DNA from: Gemmatimonadales bacterium
Lineage (GTDB): Bacteria > Gemmatimonadota > Gemmatimonadetes > Gemmatimonadales > GWC2-71-9
Assembly: GCA_965249575.1 (NCBI GenBank)
Contig: OZ252244.1
Location: 3,360,001 to 3,424,000 of the forward strand
Direction: 5' to 3'
Length of the DNA stretch: 64,000 nucleotides
Below the pieces are notes generated by a model that worked only from the letters and a program-made list of their open reading frames with translations, did not search any database and was not told the DNA's origin. Position numbers and translations under genes: made by a program. Of the stretch, positions 57,244 to 64,000 are shown one piece after another; the stretch's first letter is position 1, and each line of letters opens with the position of its first letter.

Positions 57244-58946
57244 TTCAACCGGTGTTTCGCTGGAAAGTGCGCGGCGCCCCTGACCTCGATCAGGTGCGGG
57301 CCTTCGCGCGCGCGCTCAAAGTGCCGGAATCCCTCGCCGTCCTATTGCTGCAGCGGGGAATAGCGTCCACCGCTCAGGCCAAAGATTTCCTGAAGCCGTC
57401 GCTCGAGTCCTTCAGCGACCCGTTCTCGCTCCGAGACATGGACGTTGCCACGGCGCTGATCGGCGGGGCCGTGCGCGCTGGCGAGACCATCCTGGTTCAC
57501 GGCGATTACGACGTAGACGGGCAATGCGCTGCCGCGCTGCTCACGCGCGTGCTCCGCGCGGCCGGGGCAAATGTCGTGCCGTTCGTTCCGCATCGGCTCC
57601 GCGACGGATACGATTTCGGGCCGGCTGGCGTTGCGGCGGCGCGTGCCGCCAAGGCGAGTCTCGTGGTGACCTGCGACTGCGGCGTCACCGCGCTCGATAC
57701 GGTCTCTCAAGCCAAGGCGGCCGGTCTCAAGGTAGTTGTGACCGACCACCATTTGCCGGGGGCGTTACCACCCGCGGACGCGGTGATCGATCCCGCCCGG
57801 CCAGACTGTCCTTCACCGTCGAAAGAGCTTTGCGGTACGGGCGTGGCGTTCAAGCTGGCTCAGGCGCTCGTAAACGAGTTGAAACTGCCGGCCAACCTCC
57901 CACTCCATTTCCTGGATCTCGTTGCGCTCGCCACCGTAGCCGATATCGTGCCGCTCGTGGGAGAAAACCGGCTTCTCGTGCGGCATGGTCTGCGGATGCT
58001 CGCGGATTCCCGATGGGCTGGCGCCCGGGCGCTGATCCGCCGGACGGGTCTCGAGGGCAAGCCACTGCGCGCGGGACAGGTCAGCTTCGTGCTCGCCCCG
58101 CGCCTCAATGCCGCCGGCAGAGTCGCGGATGCCATGTCGGGTGTCCGCCTGCTCCTGAGCGATGGGGATGCGGAGGCGGACGAGTTGGCTCGGGAGCTGG
58201 ATGCGTTAAACAGCCAGCGGCAGTCCTTGGATCAGGCGATTCTCGAGGAGGCGGAGGCCGAGATCGAGGCCACTGTCGATCTCGGACAGGATTACGGTCT
58301 GGTGCTCGCCAAAGAGGGGTGGCATCCTGGAGTCATTGGGATCGTGGCATCCCGCATCGTCGAGCGGTACGCGCGTCCCACCATACTGATCGGGCTGGAT
58401 GGTGACGAGGGAAAGGGGTCAGGGCGCAGCATTCCCGGCTTCGATCTCCACCAGGCGCTGAGTCGATGCGCGACCCACCTCAGTCGTTGGGGTGGCCATC
58501 GGATGGCGGCGGGGCTGACGGTTCGGCGGGAACAACTCGAGACGTTCCGTCGGGCCTTCAATCGGGCGGCGCACATGGAGCTTACGGCCGACGATCTGAT
58601 CCCGACCCAGAAGGTGGACGCCGTGGTGGCTTTGCAGGACATGGGCGCCGAGCTCGAACGCCTGCTGCGTTTCCTCGAGCCCTGTGGCCCCGGGAACCCT
58701 ACACCCGTATTCGGGGTCGAGCGGGCCTACGCCCGGAACGCGCGCGCCGTAGGACACAACCACCTTCGGTTCACATTGGAAGATGAGCATGCGAGATTGT
58801 CGGCCATCGGATTCGATTGGGCGGATCGCGTCGGGGACGGGTGGTGGAAGGAACCGATCGACGTGGCGTTTCGACTTGAGCGCAACGTGTGGCGAGGCCA
58901 GGACGAGTTGCAGGCGCGGGTCGTCCAGATCAAGGCGGCAGGCTGA
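57240..58946 (+). CDS. recJ: ssDNA exonuclease RecJ
   Basis: GDYDVDG, TCDCG, TDHH, PRLNAAGR, GSGRS, GGH..AAG. Confidence 0.97.
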   Translation: MIQPVFRWKVRGAPDLDQVRAFARALKVPESLAVLLLQRGIASTAQAKDFLKPSLESFSDPFSLRDMDVATALIGGAVRAGETILVHGDYDVDGQCAAALLTRVLRAAGANVVPFVPHRLRDGYDFGPAGVAAARAAKASLVVTCDCGVTALDTVSQAKAAGLKVVVTDHHLPGALPPADAVIDPARPDCPSPSKELCGTGVAFKLAQALVNELKLPANLPLHFLDLVALATVADIVPLVGENRLLVRHGLRMLADSRWAGARALIRRTGLEGKPLRAGQVSFVLAPRLNAAGRVADAMSGVRLLLSDGDAEADELARELDALNSQRQSLDQAILEEAEAEIEATVDLGQDYGLVLAKEGWHPGVIGIVASRIVERYARPTILIGLDGDEGKGSGRSIPGFDLHQALSRCATHLSRWGGHRMAAGLTVRREQLETFRRAFNRAAHMELTADDLIPTQKVDAVVALQDMGAELERLLRFLEPCGPGNPTPVFGVERAYARNARAVGHNHLRFTLEDEHARLSAIGFDWADRVGDGWWKEPIDVAFRLERNVWRGQDELQARVVQIKAAG

Positions 58947-59461
58947 TGCGAATCATCGCCGGAGAGTTTCGCGGCCGCGTGCTGCGCCCGCCAACCAACG
59001 GTAGGCTGCGGCCCACGGCCGATCGGGTGCGGGAAGCCTGGTTCAGCATCCTGGCGTCGGAACTCGATGGGGCGAGGGTGGTCGATTTGTTCGCCGGGTC
59101 GGGTGCCTTGGGGCTCGAAGCGCTCTCGCGCGGTGCTGACCATGTGCACTTTGTCGAGATCTCGCGTGCCTCGCTGAAGGTGCTCCGCGCCAATGTGGCC
59201 GCGCTCGACGCGGAAGATCGCGTCAGGATCCACCAGGCCGATGCGCTGCGGTTCACGGCGAATCTCGATATCGGTACGTACGATGTGGCGCTCGCCGACC
59301 CGCCGTATCGCACCGGCCAGGCGCAGAACTTGGTCGGGGTCTTCCGCAGGCGCCCCTTCGCCCGCCTTCTGGGCGTAGAGCACTCGGTACGGGTCGATCT
59401 CGCGGGGGACGACCGCCGGGAGTACGGCGATGTCGCCCTGACGTTCTTCCGGTCACGATGA
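58946..59461 (+). CDS. rsmD: 16S rRNA m2G966 methyltransferase RsmD
   Basis: [41 protein letters not shown]. Confidence 0.95.
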   Translation: MRIIAGEFRGRVLRPPTNGRLRPTADRVREAWFSILASELDGARVVDLFAGSGALGLEALSRGADHVHFVEISRASLKVLRANVAALDAEDRVRIHQADALRFTANLDIGTYDVALADPPYRTGQAQNLVGVFRRRPFARLLGVEHSVRVDLAGDDRREYGDVALTFFRSR

Positions 59462-59940
59462 ATCGCACGGCGATCTACCCCGGTTCCTTCGATCCGATCA
59501 CGCTCGGACATCAAGACGTGGTGGGGCGGAGCCTCCGATTCGCCGACCGCGTGTTGGTGGCGGTGGCAGTCAACGTCGACAAAACGCCGCTCTTCACCGT
59601 CGAAGAACGGATGGAGCTCCTGCGGGGCGTATTAGGAGACGACTCCCGGATAGAGGTTACCTCGTTCGACGGGCTGCTGGCCGATTTCGCCCGGCGTTCG
59701 GGGGCGAGCATCATCGTGCGGGGCCTGCGGGCTGTGAGCGACTTCGAGTACGAGTTCCAGATGGCGATCATGAATCGCCAACTGCACGCCGATCTCGAAA
59801 CGGTATTCCTGGTCCCCGCGTTACATCTGACCTTCTTGAGTTCGAGTCTCGTTCTCGAGGTCGCACGGTTGGGGGGCGACGTGAGCTCCTTTGTTCACCC
59901 GAGGGTAATCGAGGCTCTCCGAGCCAAGCTGGGGCGTTGA
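59458..59940 (+). CDS. coaD: Phosphopantetheine adenylyltransferase
   Basis: [24 protein letters not shown]. Confidence 0.97.
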   Translation: MNRTAIYPGSFDPITLGHQDVVGRSLRFADRVLVAVAVNVDKTPLFTVEERMELLRGVLGDDSRIEVTSFDGLLADFARRSGASIIVRGLRAVSDFEYEFQMAIMNRQLHADLETVFLVPALHLTFLSSSLVLEVARLGGDVSSFVHPRVIEALRAKLGR

Positions 59941-60920
59941 GCTTCCGGGAGGAGCTGCACCGCCGAGCCCGGGCCGCTTCCGGGCGGGTGGTGTTGGCGG
60001 AAGGTTGGGATCCGCGGGTCGCGCTCGCCGCACGCCAAATAGAGGAGCGGGAGATCGCGGAAGTCGAGGCGCTGCCCGAGCGGGTCACGGGTGACAGTCG
60101 CCTCGCGGCCGTGGCGGATTTTCTAGCCGAGCGCCGCCCGGATAAGGTTCGCGATCGACAGCACGCGCTCGAACTCGCTGCCGATCCGATTCGGTTTGCT
60201 GCCGGGCTCGTCGCGCTCGGGCACGCCGAGGCAGCTGTCGCGGGAGCCACCTGCGCAACGTCCGAGGTCCTGCGCGCCGCCCTATGGCTCATCGGTCCGG
60301 GGGAGGGGATTGCCACGGTTAGCAGCGCCTTTTACATGGTGCTGGCCGCGTACCCACCGGCGAGGGGGGGCCACGGGGTGTCGGGGCAGGCTGGCTCGGT
60401 GCTGACGTTCACGGACGCCGCGGTGGTCCCGGACCCGTCAGAGGAGCAGTTGGCCGACATCGCCGCCGCCGCCGCCCAGGACCGGCCCCGAATCGTGGGA
60501 GACGAGGCCGTAGTCGCGTTCTTGTCCTACAGTACCAAGGGGAGCGCGTCAGGCCCACGAATCGAGAAGGTTCGCGGCGCGTTGGAACGGTTCCGACAGA
60601 TCGCCTCCGTCTCCGCTGATGGGGAGCTCCAAGGCGATGCGGCGCTCGTTCCCGATGTGGCGGCCCGGAAGGCTCCGGGATCGGCGGTCGCGGGGCGAGC
60701 CAACGTCTTGGTATTCCCCGACCTTGACAGCGGCAACATCGCGTACAAACTGGTACAGCGGTTGGCGGGTGCGACGGCGATCGGACCGATCCTGCAGGGT
60801 CTCGCCCGCTCCATGGCGGACCTGTCGCGGGGGGCTACGTCCGAGGACGTCGTCGATGTGGCTTCCGTCGCGCTCCTGCAGTCCGTCCCGCGCCCGCTCG
60901 ACTCGCTGGAGGTGTCATGA
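59937..60920 (+). CDS. pta: Phosphate acetyltransferase
   Basis: [40 protein letters not shown]. Confidence 0.93.
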   Translation: MSFREELHRRARAASGRVVLAEGWDPRVALAARQIEEREIAEVEALPERVTGDSRLAAVADFLAERRPDKVRDRQHALELAADPIRFAAGLVALGHAEAAVAGATCATSEVLRAALWLIGPGEGIATVSSAFYMVLAAYPPARGGHGVSGQAGSVLTFTDAAVVPDPSEEQLADIAAAAAQDRPRIVGDEAVVAFLSYSTKGSASGPRIEKVRGALERFRQIASVSADGELQGDAALVPDVAARKAPGSAVAGRANVLVFPDLDSGNIAYKLVQRLAGATAIGPILQGLARSMADLSRGATSEDVVDVASVALLQSVPRPLDSLEVS

Positions 60921-61243
60921 GTTTCTCGGTCAAGAAGGATACAAAGGGAGTCGTAGTCATCGGGGTCGACGGCCAGCTGATCGTAGGGAACCGTCACGAG
61001 CTGAAGGACAAAATTACTGAGGCGCTCGACGCGGGCGACCGGAAGTTCCTCATTGATTTCTCGAACACGGGCTATATCGATTCCTCCGGACTGGGCGTGC
61101 TGGTGTCGTTGCTCCGCAAAATCCGGGAAGCGGGAGGGGACCTCCGTCTCGCGGGGTTGAATGAAGACCTCCGGACGCTGTTCGAGCTCACGAAGCTGGA
61201 CACCCTTTTTGACATCACCGACTCAGCAGCCACTGCCTCCTGA
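60917..61243 (+). CDS. STAS anti-sigma-factor antagonist (RsbV/SpoIIAA-like)
   Basis: [18 protein letters not shown]. Confidence 0.93.
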   Translation: MSFSVKKDTKGVVVIGVDGQLIVGNRHELKDKITEALDAGDRKFLIDFSNTGYIDSSGLGVLVSLLRKIREAGGDLRLAGLNEDLRTLFELTKLDTLFDITDSAATAS

Positions 61244-61247
61244 CGTC

Positions 61248-61709
61248 GTGACGGCGCCCCTGCGGCTGTGCGTGAGACGCACCGCGCAAGCAAACAACGC
61301 GGGCGACGTGGAGATCTCCGTCAGGGTCCCCTCGGAGCTCGACGCCGTGGAGGAAGCGGTCGACGCAGTCGCCCGTCACTGCCTCGCCTCCGGCTTAGGT
61401 CCGAAGGTAGCTCGGTTCAACTTGCGCGTGGCACTCACCGAGGCGCTTGCCAACGCCATCATCTACGGAAACGGCCTCGATCCGTCGAAGTCAGTCGATG
61501 TGCGCGTCACCGCTGAATCGGCCTGCTTTCGGGTACATGTATGCGACGAAGGCCGAGGATTCGACCCCGACGCGGTGCCTGATCCGACCCTACCCGACCG
61601 TATCGAGCGATCGGACGGGCGCGGTCTCTTCTTGATACGCCAATTGGTCGATGATGTCTTCTTCAACGACCGGGGTAACTCCATCTGCATGATTCTGCGC
61701 CGCGCCTAG
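61248..61709 (+). CDS. Anti-sigma factor Ser kinase (RsbW/SpoIIAB-like)
   Basis: EALANAIIYGN, DEGRGFD, GRGLFLI..LVD. Start uncertain (61248 or 61308). Confidence 0.9.
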   Translation: MTAPLRLCVRRTAQANNAGDVEISVRVPSELDAVEEAVDAVARHCLASGLGPKVARFNLRVALTEALANAIIYGNGLDPSKSVDVRVTAESACFRVHVCDEGRGFDPDAVPDPTLPDRIERSDGRGLFLIRQLVDDVFFNDRGNSICMILRRA

Positions 61710-61765
61710 ACCGGCTCGACGCACTCCTCGAATCTCTCGGTTCACTGCTCGGCTGCCGCGTCCTC

Positions 61766-63282
61766 GTGTGGAGGTATGGGCGCGGGCGCCTTCGTCCAGT
61801 ATTCGGGTGCGGAGATACGCCGGATCCCCTGGTCAGCGTCGGGCCGACTGGCGTCGTGGAGTCTTGCGAAGAGGCCAGGTGGGTCGTTCCCGTGCCAGCT
61901 CTGGACGGGTACTGGTACGAGATCGTCGACCCGACCGAAACTCCGTCCGAGACCAGCGAGCGGCTCGCTCCCGTCCTCTCCCAGCTGCTGTCCGGTGAGG
62001 TCGATACCCTCCGCCTTGCCGAAGAGCTCGCCGACCGGTACGAGGAGATCGAGCTGCTGTATACGATCAGCGAGGTCCTCGGCCAGACCCTGAGCCTGGA
62101 CGCGGCGGCACAGCGCATCGTTCGGGAGGTGAGCGCGGTGGTCGGTTCGAGACGTGGGTCGATCCTCGTGTACGACGAGAACACGGATCTGCTCCGGCCG
62201 GTCGCCGGCGCTGGGATCGACGTGAGCGCGTTCAATCCCATCCGCCGCGACGATCCGGCGTCGGTTGCCGCCCGCGTATTCCGGGAACGCCGCCCGATCT
62301 TCGACGACTCCGCCGAACGGCTCACCCAACCCGCGTCGACGGGCGCGCGCCGGTCCTATCGCGGCGCTGCGTTCCTGTCGGTACCGATTCTGTATCCGGG
62401 CCCGGACGGCGCCCCGAGACCGATCGGCGTCATCAACCTCACGGACCGGATTGGGACGGATGCGTTCAGCGCCGCCGAACGCCGCCTGGTCGCGGCCATT
62501 GCCAACCAGATCGGCGCGGCAATCGAGAACGCACGGCTCGTCGCGAGCGATCGCAGCATCGCCTGCGGCGCGAGCTCGAGCTGGCTCACGATCTGCAGCT
62601 TCGCCTCCTTCCGTCGCCGACGTCCCTGGGTCCTGACGCTCCCGTCGCCGCGCGATTCGAAGCCGCGGAGAGCGTTGGTGGGGATTTCTACCACTTCCTG
62701 CGCCTGCACGAGAATCAGATCGGCGTCATGCTCGGTGACGTGTCGTCGCATGGGTTCTCCGCGGCGCTGATCATGGCGCTGGTATTGTCGGCGGCCGGTA
62801 TTCACGCGGAGGCGGCGGGCTCACCCGATGGTGTGCTCCGGCGCCTCTACGAGTCGATTTCGGAAGATCTCGGGAATACCGAGATGTACCTCTCACTGTT
62901 CTACGGGGTCGCGCTCCCCGAACGGGGGCGCCTGCGGTTCGCCAACGCGGGGCATCCACACGCGTTCAGGATTGATCAGTCTGGCGCTCCGCTGCGGCTG
63001 GCCGCCACGGCCCCGCCCCTGGGGCTCGGACGTGAGGAGGACATCGAAGGGGCGGAGGTCTCATGGGAGCTGGGCCGGGACCTGCTGGTCCTGTTCTCGG
63101 ACGGCGTTGTGGATGCCGCCGATGCCGAGGGCCAGCGATTCGGCGAGCGGCGGGTGCTGGATATCGTCGTGGCGAAGCGCCAGTCGCCTCCGGAACAGAT
63201 CGTCGATGCGGTCTTCGCGGCGGTGACCGATTTCGCGACCGGGAGGGCCGACGACCGCACCGTGCTCGTCCTCCGCGCCTAG
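61766..63282 (+). CDS. GAF + PP2C/SpoIIE phosphatase (RsbU-like), one frameshift near 62553
   Basis: GAF domain (..IGAAIENARL). In the frame of ORF 62728: QHRLRRELELAHDLQLRLLP, VGGDFY, GDVSSHG, NAGH, FSDG, DDRT. The frame is open upstream of 61766, so the start may be nearer 61685. Confidence 0.85.
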
Positions 63283-64000
63283 TGGGTCGCCGGCTCGGGC
63301 AGCACTTCCTGGCGGATCACGCCATCCTCGATCGAATCGTCGAGGCGTTGAATCCCGAAGCATCGGACGTCGTACTGGAGATTGGCGCGGGGACGGGAAC
63401 GCTGACCCGCCGTCTCGCCGATCGGGTACGGCTCGTCGTCGCCATCGAGCGCGATCGGGAACTCGCATCGGGACTCCGTCGAGACTTGGAGAGCGAACCC
63501 GACGGCGGCGACGTCACCGTCGTCCATGGTGATGCGCTCACCCTCGACTGGCACCACCTTATCTCGTCGCAGCTGAGTGAGGACTTGGATGATTTCAAGG
63601 TGATTGGGAACATTCCTTACTACATAACGACGCCGCTCATCGAGAAGGCGCTTGCACCACCGCTGCCGCGAGTAGTCGTTTACCTCCTCCAGGATGAGGT
63701 TGCCCGCCGCTTGGCGTCGGCGCCTGGCTCCCGGGAATACGGAGCGCTGTCGGTGGGGGTTCAGGTCGTCGCTCGGGTGGACTCGCTCTTCCGAGTTCGG
63801 GCCGGATCGTTCCGACCCGCGCCGGAGGTGGACTCGGTCCTCGTGCGCATCACGCCGTTGGCGTCGCCTCTCGTTCCGGTGCCCAACCGCGCGGCCTTTC
63901 GGATCATGGTGACCCGGTTCTTCAGCCAACGGAGAAAGCAGCTCGTCCGGAGTGCGCGCGATGTCTTCAATCTCCCGCGGAACCGGGTGCTTGCCGTTCT
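63282..64000 (+). CDS. rsmA: 16S rRNA dimethyladenosine transferase RsmA/KsgA, partial
   Basis: Not in ORF track. GTG 63282: GRRLGQHFL..LEIGAGTGTLT..IERD..GNIPYYITTP..YGALSV..FRPAPEVDS; open to the window edge. Confidence 0.93.
   Translation, partial: MGRRLGQHFLADHAILDRIVEALNPEASDVVLEIGAGTGTLTRRLADRVRLVVAIERDRELASGLRRDLESEPDGGDVTVVHGDALTLDWHHLISSQLSEDLDDFKVIGNIPYYITTPLIEKALAPPLPRVVVYLLQDEVARRLASAPGSREYGALSVGVQVVARVDSLFRVRAGSFRPAPEVDSVLVRITPLASPLVPVPNRAAFRIMVTRFFSQRRKQLVRSARDVFNLPRNRVLAV

Noticed and set aside
1..64000. CRISPR arrays, IS elements, prophage or defence systems
   Set aside because: No regularly spaced repeats or transposase, integrase, phage or defence motifs were recognised.

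Overview
GC-rich bacterial chromosomal window. Gene content and order suggest Gemmatimonadota; this is an inference, not tested. The left ~45 kb is accessory-type DNA with many eroded genes. It holds: (1) a co-directional merR-led heavy-metal operon running off the left edge, whose MerP/HMA-like gene has an in-frame UGA at the first Cys of the GMTCxxC motif followed by a SECIS-like hairpin, so it is a probable selenoprotein missed by the ORF track; (2) a 4-gene candidate synthase-dependent exopolysaccharide system (TolC-like/GH-like fusion, HlyD, degenerate GGDEF with RxxD I-site, processive GT2); (3) a complete moxR-DUF58-batABCDE operon; (4) M16 peptidases, hydrolases, a Ser/Thr kinase, tRNA-Val(CAC), GMC and Gfo oxidoreductases and mscL; (5) a sigma-54 activator flanked by two sigma-54 promoters, one driving a small lipopeptide + TPR protein and one driving an HD-GYP protein, a candidate peptide-signalling/c-di-GMP module. 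About ten gene remnants or frameshifted genes are scattered through this part. The right ~19 kb is housekeeping: asparaginase II, obgE, dprA, hemW, hrcA, dnaJ, rpsU, mutS2, dnaG, zinc-ribbon protein, recJ, rsmD, coaD, pta, an STAS/anti-sigma kinase/PP2C partner-switching trio and partial rsmA. No CRISPR array, rRNA, integrase or transposase was seen. Family names come from recognised motifs, not from database searches.
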